Below, piece by piece: positions 8,336 to 18,462 of a DNA stretch of 64,000 nt. The stretch covers positions 318,669 through 382,668 of the forward strand of contig CACIMN010000001.1 of the NCBI GenBank assembly GCA_902587755.1, read 5' to 3'. The notes beneath the pieces are model-generated. The model was given only the letters and a program-made list of their open reading frames with translations. It was not told the DNA's origin and ran no database searches. Both the position numbers and the translations under genes were made by a program. The first letter of the stretch is position 1, and each line of letters begins with the position of its first letter. The DNA is from an uncultured Pelagibacteraceae bacterium. Lineage in GTDB: Bacteria > Pseudomonadota > Alphaproteobacteria > Pelagibacterales > Pelagibacteraceae.

Positions 8336-9209
8336 GTCTAGATGTAGATAGACGTTTTTTTAAAACTATCTCTCTTCTAAAAATAATAAACGAAGATAAA
8401 ATTACTAATCCAGCACCTATCAAAGTTTTAAATGTTGGTATTTCATCCCAAATAAAATAACCAAAAATAATTGCAAATATTAAAGCGAGATATTTTAACG
8501 GTGTCACTAAACTGACCTCAGATAATTTATAAGATTGAGATAACCATAAATTTGCTAAGCCACCCAATATTCCAATAAGAGATAATAAAAATAAATCAAG
8601 TAAATTTGGAAGAATCCATTTTTGATAAAAAGACAAAAAACTTAGAAGCATTATAGAAAAGGAAAAGAAAAAACTAATTAACCACACTGGCTCTGTAGAA
8701 GACAATTTTCTTATTGCAATAGCGACATATGATAATCCTAAACAAAATATTATTGGATAAATGTAATAAAAGTTAAGTGAACTAAATCCAGGTTCAGATA
8801 TGATAATTATACCAATAAAGCCAACTAAGACCGCCAGCCATCTGTATAAACCAACTTTTTCATTTAACAAAAATATTGAAAATATAGTTGTAAATATTGG
8901 TGCAGCAAAGGTTATGCTTACAACTGTTGCTAATGGTAAATTTCTTAAAGCGATAAATATAGAAACCAAAGCGATCAATCCAGCTAAGCACCTTTTAAAA
9001 TGAAGAAAAGGTCTGGCTGTTTTATAGAAATCAAAATATCTATCCTTTGGAATTAAAAATAAAATTGGAATAATTCCACAAAAACCTCTAAAGAATAACA
9101 CTTGTCCTACTGGATAATCATCAGACCATTTAACAATTACATCCATAAGTGAAAACGCACATACAGATATGAACATGTAAAAAAAGCCTAATTGATTTTT
9201 TGATAGCAT
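8328..9209 (-). CDS. EamA/DMT-family permease
   Basis: Ten-TM-like hydrophobic profile with two EamA repeats. The ORF extends to 9257, but that start would overlap divergent msrA, so the internal Met (MLSKNQ, 9209) is more likely. Confidence 0.75.
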   Translation of the reverse strand: MLSKNQLGFFYMFISVCAFSLMDVIVKWSDDYPVGQVLFFRGFCGIIPILFLIPKDRYFDFYKTARPFLHFKRCLAGLIALVSIFIALRNLPLATVVSITFAAPIFTTIFSIFLLNEKVGLYRWLAVLVGFIGIIIISEPGFSSLNFYYIYPIIFCLGLSYVAIAIRKLSSTEPVWLISFFFSFSIMLLSFLSFYQKWILPNLLDLFLLSLIGILGGLANLWLSQSYKLSEVSLVTPLKYLALIFAIIFGYFIWDEIPTFKTLIGAGLVILSSFIIFRREIVLKKRLSTSRHE

Positions 9210-9244
9210 ATGATTAACTTTTAAATTAATTAAGTTATTTATCA

Positions 9245-9688
9245 ATGGAAATAGCAATTTTAGGGTTGGGATGTTTTTGGGGACCTGAAATAAAGTTCAG
9301 TAAACTTGATGGCATTATAAAAACAGAGGTAGGTTATTGTGGAGGTCATAACTCTCAAACTAATTATAAAGAAGTATGCACAGGTACTACAAATCATGCC
9401 GAAGTAGTCAAATTAGATTTTGATCCTAAAATTATCTCATATGAAAAAATTCTTGAATACTTTTTTGAAATTCATGACCCAACAACTTTAAATTCTCAAG
9501 GCCCAGATTTTGGAACTCAGTACAGAAGTGAAATATTTTATTTAAATAACCAACAAAAATTTATTGCTGAAGAAATGGTTGAAAAAATGAATATTAAATT
9601 GTCGGGAAGAGTTGTTACAAAAATTTCTTTAGTTAAAAATTATTGTACAGCTGAAGAATATCATCAGAGATATTTGGAAAAAAAATAA
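9245..9688 (+). CDS. msrA: Peptide-methionine (S)-S-oxide reductase
   Basis: 147 aa with the catalytic GLGCFWG motif and YCGG...HAEVV blocks. Confidence 0.93.
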   Translation: MEIAILGLGCFWGPEIKFSKLDGIIKTEVGYCGGHNSQTNYKEVCTGTTNHAEVVKLDFDPKIISYEKILEYFFEIHDPTTLNSQGPDFGTQYRSEIFYLNNQQKFIAEEMVEKMNIKLSGRVVTKISLVKNYCTAEEYHQRYLEKK

Positions 9689-9689
9689 A

Positions 9690-10502
9690 ATGTCTTTGGT
9701 TGATACAAGCTGGTTAGAAAATAATATTAACAAAGTAAAAATAATAGATTGCTCATGGCATATGCCTCAAACACAAAGAAATGGTTTTGATGAGTATAAT
9801 GAAGAACATATTCCAAATGCTATTTTTTTTGATTTAGATAAAAATTCAAAATTAGATACTGATTTACCACATATGCTTACTGATACTAAATCTTGGGAAA
9901 AAATAATGAGCAACATGGGCATAGAAAATAATGATCGAATAGTAGTTTACGATAATTCTGATGTAATAAGTTCTTGCAGATGTTGGTACAATTTAATTTA
10001 CTATGGGCATGATCCTAAACTAGTTCATGTTCTGGATGGTGGATTAAAAAAATGGAAAAAAGAAAATAAATCTACAGACAACAAAATAGTAAATACTAAA
10101 ACTTCTAAATATTCATGTAAGGAAAATACAGAACTAGTTAAAAATAAAAAACAAATAGATGAAAATATAGATTTACAAAAATTTAATGTAGTTGATGCGA
10201 GAAGTAGAGAGAGATTTGAGGGAAAAGTTGCTGAACCCAGAAAAGGTCTCAGGAGTGGTTCAATAAGAAATTCTTTTTGCCTACCGTTCTCTGAATTAAT
10301 AAATAAAGACCACACCTTCGTTAGTAAAGATAAAATAATGGAAAAATTTAAATCATTTGAATTTGACCATAATAAAAACATGGTATTTTCATGTGGTTCT
10401 GGAGTAACCGCAAGTGTATTGGCACTAGCTTATTCTTTAATAAATGCTAAATATATGCCGACAATTTACGATGGCTCTTGGGCTGAATACGGAAAAAATT
10501 AA
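9690..10502 (+). CDS. sseA: 3-mercaptopyruvate sulfurtransferase (tandem rhodanese)
   Basis: 270 aa with two rhodanese domains. The active-site loop CGSGVTA is typical of MST-type enzymes. Confidence 0.88.
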   Translation: MSLVDTSWLENNINKVKIIDCSWHMPQTQRNGFDEYNEEHIPNAIFFDLDKNSKLDTDLPHMLTDTKSWEKIMSNMGIENNDRIVVYDNSDVISSCRCWYNLIYYGHDPKLVHVLDGGLKKWKKENKSTDNKIVNTKTSKYSCKENTELVKNKKQIDENIDLQKFNVVDARSRERFEGKVAEPRKGLRSGSIRNSFCLPFSELINKDHTFVSKDKIMEKFKSFEFDHNKNMVFSCGSGVTASVLALAYSLINAKYMPTIYDGSWAEYGKN

Positions 10503-10505
10503 CTT

Positions 10506-11501
10506 ATGAAAACATCTACAAAAATAACAAGCATAGTAATAATATTTTTCTTAATCATTGCAACAGTAATCATTGGAAGAACAATGATAGGAAATCATTT
10601 CAAAAAAAAATTTAGTAAAAGACCACCTCCTGGAATAATAATAACTACTACTCAAGAAAGAGTTTTTGAAAATATTGTTAGTACCTATGGGACTGCAACT
10701 CCAATTCAAACACAATCATTTAAAATTGAAAAATATGAAATATTAAAACCTATAAAATTTAATCAAAAAGTTAAAAAAGGTGATGTAATTGCTGAGCTTA
10801 AAAATCGAAAAGTAATTGCCCAATTTGATGGTATTATTGGAAAAAGAGAATTTTCGGAAGATATAGAGGTTTCAAAATCATCAATATTGATTAATCTTGA
10901 AGATACTAGTTCAATATATTGTGATGTAGATATACCTGAAATTTTTGTACCATTTATTAAGGTTGGTCTGCCAGTTGATATTAAATTTTCCGGATATAAA
11001 AATAAAATTTATAAAGGTGAAGTAGACTCTTTTGCTAGTAGGATAAGTGAAGATACAAGAGCTTTAGCAACAAGAATTAAGATGGACAATTCATCAGGTG
11101 AAATATTACCTGGCTCATTTTTAGAAATATCAATTAAATATGATGTAAGAAATGGCTTAAGTGCTCCTGACACTAGTACAATTGTCGAGGGTGAAAATGT
11201 TTTTATTTATAAAGTAGATGAAAAAAATAAAGTAATAAAAGCAAAAGTAACCATTGGTGATAGATACTTAGGCTTTGTAGAAATATTAGATGGATTAAAT
11301 AATGGAGATAAAATTGTTGCAGAAGGAACAAAAAAAGTAAGACCAAATTTAACAATCAGACCTATAGATAAAGGTGCTAAAAAAAAACAAGGAAATTCTA
11401 GCTGGGGTAAAAAAGATAAATCAAAAAAAGCTGAAGAAAAAAAAGGTAAATTTGATTGGTTGAAAAATATTTTTAAAAAATCAGATAAAGAGAAAAAATA
11501 A
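10506..11501 (+). CDS. RND efflux periplasmic adaptor (membrane fusion protein)
   Basis: 331 aa with an N-terminal TM anchor and HlyD/MFP barrel-sandwich architecture. It lies directly upstream of the RND pump and has a Lys-rich C-terminal tail. Confidence 0.8.
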   Translation: MKTSTKITSIVIIFFLIIATVIIGRTMIGNHFKKKFSKRPPPGIIITTTQERVFENIVSTYGTATPIQTQSFKIEKYEILKPIKFNQKVKKGDVIAELKNRKVIAQFDGIIGKREFSEDIEVSKSSILINLEDTSSIYCDVDIPEIFVPFIKVGLPVDIKFSGYKNKIYKGEVDSFASRISEDTRALATRIKMDNSSGEILPGSFLEISIKYDVRNGLSAPDTSTIVEGENVFIYKVDEKNKVIKAKVTIGDRYLGFVEILDGLNNGDKIVAEGTKKVRPNLTIRPIDKGAKKKQGNSSWGKKDKSKKAEEKKGKFDWLKNIFKKSDKEKK

Positions 11502-11505
11502 TTAA

Positions 11506-14500
11506 ATGTATATAACTGAAGTTAGCATTAAACGACCTGTGGTAGCTTGGGTCATGTCTTTAATATTAATTATTTTTGGTATTTTTGTCTTTTTAGAATT
11601 ACCAGTAAGAGAACTTCCTGATGGTATACAGCCTCCAGTAGTTCAAGTTCAAACCGATTATAAATCTGCTTCAGCCGAAATTGTTGATGAAGAAATAACT
11701 CAAAAATTAGAGGATGTAATTGGTGGAGCTGAAGGTATCAAAAATATTGACTCAAGTTCTCTCAATGGAAGAAGTAGGATTAATATTCAATTTAACACAG
11801 ACATTGATTTAGATGATGCTGCTAATGATATTAGGGAAAGAGTTGCAAGGGTTGTAGATAATTTACCAAGTGAATCAAACCCACCGCAAATTTTAAAACA
11901 GGCAGCAGGTTTTACAACTACAATGTGGGTAGCTTTATCATCTCCAACTTGGAATGATTTAGATCTTGGAGATTATGCTGAAAGATATCTTATAGATGCA
12001 TTCTCAAGTGTACCTAATGTTGGTAGAATTTTAGTAGGTGGATTAAGAGAGCTTAGTGTTAGAGTTTGGATAGATCCAATAAAATTAGCTGCAAACGATC
12101 TTACAATTCAAGAAGTTGAAAGAGCTCTTAGAAATGAGAATATAAATCTTCCAGCTGGAACCTTAGAAGCTAATAACAAAGACTTAACTTTAAACATTGA
12201 TAAATCTTATTCTAATATTGATACAATTAAACAATTGCCACTTAAGAAAAATAAAGAAAAAGTTATTATTTTATCTGATGTGGCTAACATAGAGTTTGGA
12301 CCTGTTTCAGAAAAAACTTTATTTAAAGCACAAAGAAAAAATGCAGTAAATTTAAAAACTGTTGGTATTGGTATTTATGCTAAAAGTGGTGCATCAACGG
12401 TAGAGCTTTCAAAACAAATCAAAACTAAAATCAATGAACTTAACAAATCCTTACCTGATGGATTAAAGTTAGAAATAGCATTTAACAGAGCAACCTACAT
12501 TGGTGCTGCAATAGAAGAAGTATATAAAAGTTTAGTAATTGCATTTGTATTAGTTGTTTTAATTATTTATCTTTTTTTAGGTAACCTTAAAGCAGTAATA
12601 GTTCCTGCGGTTGCTTTACCAGTTAGTCTTATTGGATCATTTCTCGGGTTATATATATTTGATCTATCAATTAATATTTTCGTATTACTAAGTTTCATTC
12701 TAGCAATTGGTATAATCACTGATGACTCTGTGATCATGACTGATGCGATCTATACAAGAATTGAAAATGGTGAAACACCATTAGTGGCTGCATACAAAGG
12801 TTCTAAACAAATTACATTTGCAATTATTGCAACCACTTTAATTCTTATAGCAGTATTTTTACCTTTAATTTTTATTAAAGGAATATCAGGAACTTTGTTT
12901 AAAGAAACAGCAATAGCCTTATCTTTTTCAATTGTTGTGTCTTCTTTTGTGGCACTAACATTATCTCCAATGCTAGGAAGTAAATTTTTAAACAAAAAAG
13001 AAAAAATTAATTTTTTTGTAAAAAAATTCAATAATGGATTCAAATCTTTCACAGGATTTTATGTAAACTCACTTAAATATTGGGTGAATAAACAAAAAAC
13101 TATTTCAATATTCATAATTTTAATTATTGCTGCCTCAGCTTATTTGTTTAGTTTTTCAAAAAAAGAATTAATACCAATTGAGGATAGGGGTGCTTACTTA
13201 ATTATTGGGTCAACTGATGAAGGAAGTTCATTTGAATATACCCAAGAAAAAGCCCAGATAATTGAAGGAAGAATATTAAGATTATTGCAGGCAGAAGATA
13301 GTCCATATGCAAGATTAATAATGAGAGTTCCTGGTTTTGGAAGATCTGCAACGTCTTATAACAGTTTTATAATTATTGCATTACTTGATGAATGGAAAAA
13401 TAGAGAAAAAGGTAGTCAACAAATACTAAGAGAAGCTATCGGACAAGTGGTTACTGTACCTGAAACTTTTGCTTTTCCAATTTCTCCACAATCAATAAGA
13501 GTATCTAGTTATAATAAGCCTGTTCAAATGGTCATATATGGATCTAGCTATGAAGAATTAGAGGAAATTCAAAATAGTGTCTTAAGAGAATTAAGAAAAA
13601 ATAGAAATATGTCTAGAATTGAAAGTGATTATACAAAAAATAAACCTGAGGTTAAATTAATCACAAATAAAAACAGAGCAAATGATTTAGGAGTTTCTAC
13701 TGAAAATATAGGTAGAACTTTAGAAACTCTTTATGGGGGAAAAAGAGTGACAACTTTCAGTAAAGAGGGAAGAGAATACCCAATTATTTTACAACAATAT
13801 TTGGCTGACAGAAGAGATAAAGATGGGTTATCAAAAATTTTTGTTAGATCTGAAACCACTGGTAAACTTGTATCTGTTGCAAGTTTAGTTGAATTTAAAG
13901 AAAAAGGCACTGCTGAAGCACTTCCAAGATATAATCGTCAAAGAGCTGTTACAATTTCTGCTGCGCTTGCTGAGGATTATACTCTAACAGAAGCGATAAA
14001 ATATTTAGAGAATGTAATGATTAGAGTTTCGCCTCAAAACCAAATAACTTGGAAAGGGAAATCTGAAGAGTTAAAAGAAACAACAAATGAAATATACTTA
14101 ATCTTTGCTCTAGCTTTATTAACTGCTTATTTGGTTATGGCAGCAACATTCAACTCCTTTGTTCATCCATTTATTATTATTTTAACAGTTCCATTAGCTG
14201 TATTTGGTGGGTTAGTATTTATTTTATTTTTAAATAGTTCGGTAAATATTTTCTCTCAAATCGCTTTAATAATACTTATTGGTATATCCACAAAGAATAG
14301 TATTTTGATTGTAGACTACACAAACCAGATAAGAACTACCGGTGTGAAAATCCAGGACGCTATAATTAAAGCTTGCCAACTAAGAATTAGACCAATCATC
14401 ATGACTTCTCTTAGTACAATGATAGCAATGCTTCCTTTAGTTATTGGTAATATTGGCCCAGGTGCAGGTGAAGGCTCTAGATTAGCTGTAGGTTCCACAA

Positions 14501-14628
14501 TTTTGGGAGGTATGATTATTTCAACCTTCTTTACTCTATATGTAACTCCAACAATGTATTTAGCTCTAGCAAAAAATACTAAGCGTATTGATGCTGTTGA
14601 TATTGAATTAAAAAAACAGCTAAATTAA
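11506..14628 (+). CDS. RND family efflux permease (AcrB/AcrD/AcrF type)
   Basis: 1040 aa with 12-TM pseudo-repeat architecture and a typical N-terminus (SIKRPVVAWVMSLILIIFG). Confidence 0.92.
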   Translation: MYITEVSIKRPVVAWVMSLILIIFGIFVFLELPVRELPDGIQPPVVQVQTDYKSASAEIVDEEITQKLEDVIGGAEGIKNIDSSSLNGRSRINIQFNTDIDLDDAANDIRERVARVVDNLPSESNPPQILKQAAGFTTTMWVALSSPTWNDLDLGDYAERYLIDAFSSVPNVGRILVGGLRELSVRVWIDPIKLAANDLTIQEVERALRNENINLPAGTLEANNKDLTLNIDKSYSNIDTIKQLPLKKNKEKVIILSDVANIEFGPVSEKTLFKAQRKNAVNLKTVGIGIYAKSGASTVELSKQIKTKINELNKSLPDGLKLEIAFNRATYIGAAIEEVYKSLVIAFVLVVLIIYLFLGNLKAVIVPAVALPVSLIGSFLGLYIFDLSINIFVLLSFILAIGIITDDSVIMTDAIYTRIENGETPLVAAYKGSKQITFAIIATTLILIAVFLPLIFIKGISGTLFKETAIALSFSIVVSSFVALTLSPMLGSKFLNKKEKINFFVKKFNNGFKSFTGFYVNSLKYWVNKQKTISIFIILIIAASAYLFSFSKKELIPIEDRGAYLIIGSTDEGSSFEYTQEKAQIIEGRILRLLQAEDSPYARLIMRVPGFGRSATSYNSFIIIALLDEWKNREKGSQQILREAIGQVVTVPETFAFPISPQSIRVSSYNKPVQMVIYGSSYEELEEIQNSVLRELRKNRNMSRIESDYTKNKPEVKLITNKNRANDLGVSTENIGRTLETLYGGKRVTTFSKEGREYPIILQQYLADRRDKDGLSKIFVRSETTGKLVSVASLVEFKEKGTAEALPRYNRQRAVTISAALAEDYTLTEAIKYLENVMIRVSPQNQITWKGKSEELKETTNEIYLIFALALLTAYLVMAATFNSFVHPFIIILTVPLAVFGGLVFILFLNSSVNIFSQIALIILIGISTKNSILIVDYTNQIRTTGVKIQDAIIKACQLRIRPIIMTSLSTMIAMLPLVIGNIGPGAGEGSRLAVGSTILGGMIISTFFTLYVTPTMYLALAKNTKRIDAVDIELKKQLN

Positions 14629-15224
14629 AAAATAATATATTTTGAGGTTGATAAAGAATTTTTACATTCTGATAATTGTTGCTTATAAATATTTGATTGT
14701 TTCTCCACTCTTTTAGCTAAATTAATTACTTTTTTATTATTTTTATAATTTTTAAAGTTACCCCACCCTTCATGATAAGCAAGATACTGCTTGAAAGCAT
14801 CTTTTTTTGAAATTTTTAAAATTTTTTCAGTCTTGTCTGTATACCAACCAATAAAATCTACACTATCTTTAAATCTTGTTCTGACAGCAAGCTTATTCCC
14901 AGTTTCTTCTTTATACTGTTTCCAAGTTCCTTTTACAGCCTGTGAATACCCGAAAGAACTTGATGGTCTCTTGTAAGGAACTACTTTAAATAATTTCTGT
15001 CTAGGAGGTTTTGCTAACCAGTCAAAACTGGATTCCATTTTTATAATTGCAAGCTGTAAATAAACTGGGGTTCCCCATTTTTTCTCAGCTTTTTTTACAT
15101 GTTTATACCACATGTATCTTTCATTAAATATAGAACAACTATCTGCTGTATTTTTTGGAACAGACGAGCAACCTGAAATAAAAATTATTAAAATAAATAA
15201 ATAATTAATTTTTAAAATTTTCAT
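14625..15224 (-). CDS. Putative lytic transglycosylase lipoprotein (SLT-like)
   Basis: Lipobox (IFISGC) plus SLT-like motifs in order: E-S (KMESSF), G-x-x-Q (FGYSQ) and AYHEG. Confidence 0.55.
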   Translation of the reverse strand: MKILKINYLFILIIFISGCSSVPKNTADSCSIFNERYMWYKHVKKAEKKWGTPVYLQLAIIKMESSFDWLAKPPRQKLFKVVPYKRPSSSFGYSQAVKGTWKQYKEETGNKLAVRTRFKDSVDFIGWYTDKTEKILKISKKDAFKQYLAYHEGWGNFKNYKNNKKVINLAKRVEKQSNIYKQQLSECKNSLSTSKYIIF

Positions 15225-15624
15225 TTTTTCTAAAAAAGTAAAATATAATTATGGCTATAATTACACCTGCTAGATTTCCAAATAAATCAGGAATTTCAAA
15301 ACTTCTTTCAGGTATAACGTAATGCAGTATCTCAAGTGTTATTGATAAAAATATTAAATAAAAAGTAAGTAATATAAATTGAGACGATTTATTAAATGTT
15401 AAATAACCGACAACAGAAAAAAAGACAAACGCATACAAGTGATTAGTCGAAATTATAAAATCTGCTGTTATTTGTGGTTGTAATTTGCAATCATTATATA
15501 AAAAACAACCAAGCAGGCTACCAGGATATAAATATAAAAGTATCAATAAGAAATTGAATAGATAAAAAATAAATTTATATTTTGAAAAAAAATTAATCAT
15601 TAATAGTATAGTTTTATTTATCAA
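15205..15624 (-). CDS. VanZ-like small membrane protein
   Basis: 139 aa, about four TM helices. The C-terminal pattern E..H.....R......D..GN..G resembles the VanZ family. Weak call. Confidence 0.4.
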   Translation of the reverse strand: MINKTILLMINFFSKYKFIFYLFNFLLILLYLYPGSLLGCFLYNDCKLQPQITADFIISTNHLYAFVFFSVVGYLTFNKSSQFILLTFYLIFLSITLEILHYVIPERSFEIPDLFGNLAGVIIAIIIFYFFRKNENFKN

Positions 15625-15645
15625 ATTGATCTAAAAGATAAACAA

Positions 15646-16353
15646 ATGAGTTATTTAATTTTAGTTAGACATGGTCAAAGTGTATGGAATCTTGAAAAAA
15701 AATTTACTGGATGGGTAGATGTAGAGTTAACGGAAAATGGGCAATTGGAAGCAAAAAAGGCAGGCCAACTAATAAAAAAAGAAAATATTGAAATTAATCT
15801 TTATTATTCATCCTTTCAATTAAGAGCAAAAAATACTTTAAAAATAATACAAGAAGAATTGAAAGATTTTAAAAAAGTAATAAGTGCATGGGAATTAAAC
15901 GAAAGACATTATGGTGCTCTGACTGGATTAAACAAAGATGAAATGAAAGTAAAACTTGGAGAAGAAAAAGTTCATCAATTTAGACGTTCTTGGGATCTTA
16001 GACCTGAACCTTTAGATAAAAAAAATCCATATCACCCGCTAAATATTGAAACTTATAAAGAAATTCCTCTAGAAAAAATTCCTAACACTGAATCGCTGAA
16101 AGATACATATGAAAGAGTAATAAAATTTTATAGTAAGGAGATAGAACACAAATCAAGTGAAAATATTCTCATTTCCGCTCATGGAAACTCAATTAGAGCT
16201 CTTTGCAAACATTTGTTCAATTTAGATAACAAGGAGATTTCTAAACTTGAAATTCCTACAGGAAACCCACTTTTAATTGAATTAGAAAATAGTAAAATTT
16301 CTAATTGCAAATATCTTGATCAAGAAAGAGCTAAAGATCTTTTAGTTTTTTAA
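15646..16353 (+). CDS. gpmA: 2,3-bisphosphoglycerate-dependent phosphoglycerate mutase
   Basis: LILVRHGQSVWNLEKKFTGWVDVELTENG, including the catalytic RHG motif, and a second His in SAHGNSIRAL. Confidence 0.93.
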   Translation: MSYLILVRHGQSVWNLEKKFTGWVDVELTENGQLEAKKAGQLIKKENIEINLYYSSFQLRAKNTLKIIQEELKDFKKVISAWELNERHYGALTGLNKDEMKVKLGEEKVHQFRRSWDLRPEPLDKKNPYHPLNIETYKEIPLEKIPNTESLKDTYERVIKFYSKEIEHKSSENILISAHGNSIRALCKHLFNLDNKEISKLEIPTGNPLLIELENSKISNCKYLDQERAKDLLVF

Positions 16354-17020
16354 AAATATCCAGATCAGTTAAATGATAAAAATCTTTTTGGCTCTCATAA
16401 CCAAATAACTTTTTTTGATCCAATAAACTTTTCCAGATTTCCAAAATTGAGTAATTTTCTATTTTCTCTTTAATAAATAACTTTTTATTAATTATTTGAC
16501 ACCCAATATAAATAAATTCTTTTTCAGCTTCTTTGTTAATTAAATTATTTTTTAAATTGAAATCTCCTTTTAATTTTTTATCAAAACTTAATTTTTTATT
16601 TACTAAGAGAAGAATGTTTTCTAATTTTTCAGAAAAATACATTTTTTTCATTTTTAATATCTCGTCTTTATAGTCATTACTCCAGACTGTATCTGGATTA
16701 AAAATTATAAAATCCTTTTCATTAGAGTCTTTAATCATATTTTGGATACCTCCCCCTGTATCTAAAATATGCTCACCATCCTCAATTATTTTAATATCCA
16801 AATTAAAATTTTTACTTTTTAAAAAATCTGAAAATTGATCCTTTAAATAAAAAGTATTTATTAAGATTTTTTGAATACCTAGTTTTTCGATTAAATTAAT
16901 GCATCTCTCCAGCATACTTACATCTTTAATTTCTAACAAGGGTTTAGGAGTATTTAAAGTAATTGGATTTAATCTCTTACCAAAACCTGCACATAAAATT
17001 AAAGCTGTATTTATTCTCAC
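16331..17020 (-). CDS. murU: Sugar-1-phosphate nucleotidyltransferase, MurU-like (MurNAc-1-P uridylyltransferase)
   Basis: The N-terminal LILCAGFGKRLNPITLNTPKPLL motif marks an NTP-transferase. Its position downstream of an AmgK-like kinase matches the amgK-murU pair. Confidence 0.7.
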   Translation of the reverse strand: MRINTALILCAGFGKRLNPITLNTPKPLLEIKDVSMLERCINLIEKLGIQKILINTFYLKDQFSDFLKSKNFNLDIKIIEDGEHILDTGGGIQNMIKDSNEKDFIIFNPDTVWSNDYKDEILKMKKMYFSEKLENILLLVNKKLSFDKKLKGDFNLKNNLINKEAEKEFIYIGCQIINKKLFIKEKIENYSILEIWKSLLDQKKLFGYESQKDFYHLTDLDIFKKLKDL

Positions 17021-17024
17021 AACT

Positions 17025-17972
17025 CTACCTTATAAGTTTTGGAAAATTATTTTTTAATAGCAACATCAAATTATTGAATTCTTTTTGCTCTCTAAATCTG
17101 TGATTAATTATTTCCCAAGCATAGGGAATTAATTTAAGATATTTTTTTTTATTATCTCTAACAGCTAAACGCATAAATATACCAATTATTTTTAAATTCC
17201 TTAAAACAGATAATATTTCAAAATCCTTTTTAAATTTTTTCAAATCAATTTTTTTATTTGTTTTAATATAAAACTTAAATACTTTATCTTTTAATTCATT
17301 AGATGTTTTTAATCTTACGTCATCAATTAAAGATGCTAAATCGTAAGCTCTATTGCCAATTAATGCATCTTGACTATCTATTACTGCAATTTTTTTATTG
17401 TAATACATCAAATTTGAAACATGAAAATCTCTATGAACAAATGTAACATTTTTATAATTTAATTTTGATACTAATTTTTTTATCTCTAATCTAAATTTTT
17501 TTTTAAATTGAATACTTTTTGATTTAGACAACTTTTTTGGTGCGTACCAGAGACTAAAAAGTTTAGTTTCATCTAACAAAATTTTGTTATTATATTCTTG
17601 AACTTTATAAAATTTATTTTTAAAATTTTTTACTTTTTTATCTTTTATTAATTGAATTTTATTTAAAATTTTTATTATCTTTTTAAAAATGACATATTTA
17701 TTATTTTTTTTTTTTTTTAAAATTTGAAATAAAGTTTGATCTCCAAAGTCATTTATTTCTATATAATTACTAATGTAATTTTCGCTTAATAAATTTGGTG
17801 CTAAAATTTTATTTTTAATCAAAATTTTATTTATCGCATCATAAATTAAAAGATTTTTTAATTTTTCTTTCTTGGATATTACAAAAATAGATTTATTTTC
17901 TCTGTTTCTATAAAATTCTCTAAAAGACGCGTCACCTTTTATTTTTTTCAATTTTGCTAAGCTTTTCATCAA
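17025..17972 (-). CDS. amgK: Aminoglycoside-phosphotransferase-fold sugar kinase, AmgK-like (anomeric MurNAc/GlcNAc kinase)
   Basis: 315 aa with the APH-fold catalytic loop HRDFHVSNLM and IDSQDA. It sits within conserved tsaE-amgK-murU neighbourhood. Confidence 0.7.
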   Translation of the reverse strand: MMKSLAKLKKIKGDASFREFYRNRENKSIFVISKKEKLKNLLIYDAINKILIKNKILAPNLLSENYISNYIEINDFGDQTLFQILKKKKNNKYVIFKKIIKILNKIQLIKDKKVKNFKNKFYKVQEYNNKILLDETKLFSLWYAPKKLSKSKSIQFKKKFRLEIKKLVSKLNYKNVTFVHRDFHVSNLMYYNKKIAVIDSQDALIGNRAYDLASLIDDVRLKTSNELKDKVFKFYIKTNKKIDLKKFKKDFEILSVLRNLKIIGIFMRLAVRDNKKKYLKLIPYAWEIINHRFREQKEFNNLMLLLKNNFPKLIR

Positions 17973-17985
17973 AATACGTTTTAAT

Positions 17986-18462
17986 TTAAACTTTTATATC
18001 TACAGTTCTATCATTTAAATCATTTAAATAATTAAATGTTAAAGTTATAAATTTTATATCTTGTTTATCAGCAATCAATTGTGGCCATTCTATAAGTGTT
18101 ATTAATTTATTATCTTTTTCAAAAATATCTAAATTATTGATATCTTCTTTCCTATTAACTCTAAATAAATCATAATGTTTTATTCTTATATCTTTCAACT
18201 GATACTCATTTAATAAACTAAAAGTAGGGCTAGTAATTTCTGTTTGTTTTAAATCATTTATTTTTTGATACTCATTTATAATATATTTAACAAAAGTTGT
18301 TTTACCAATGCCCATCTCTCCATATAAAAAAACAAATTCACCGCCTTTGAGGTATTTTGTAAATTCTTTAGCTAATTCTTTGGTTAACTTCTCTGAAGTG
18401 ATATCGACTGTGCTATCTTTAATAGCGATAGGCATCTGGTTTGAAAGGACCTTCTGTTCCAA
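17986..18462 (-). CDS. tsaE: tRNA t6A37 biosynthesis ATPase TsaE
   Basis: P-loop [12 protein letters not shown] followed by SPTFSL and HYDLFR blocks. The 5' end overlaps the ahcY 3' end; the start could be the ATG at 18462 or at 18435. Confidence 0.85.
   Translation of the reverse strand: MEQKVLSNQMPIAIKDSTVDITSEKLTKELAKEFTKYLKGGEFVFLYGEMGIGKTTFVKYIINEYQKINDLKQTEITSPTFSLLNEYQLKDIRIKHYDLFRVNRKEDINNLDIFEKDNKLITLIEWPQLIADKQDIKFITLTFNYLNDLNDRTVDIKV

Noticed and set aside
18419-18462. A 44-nt same-strand overlap between the tsaE 5' end and the ahcY 3' end, considered as possible frameshift or fusion.
   Set aside because: Both proteins are full-length and in different frames. An alternative tsaE ATG at 18435 shortens the overlap to 17 nt. 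Short overlaps are the norm in this window.
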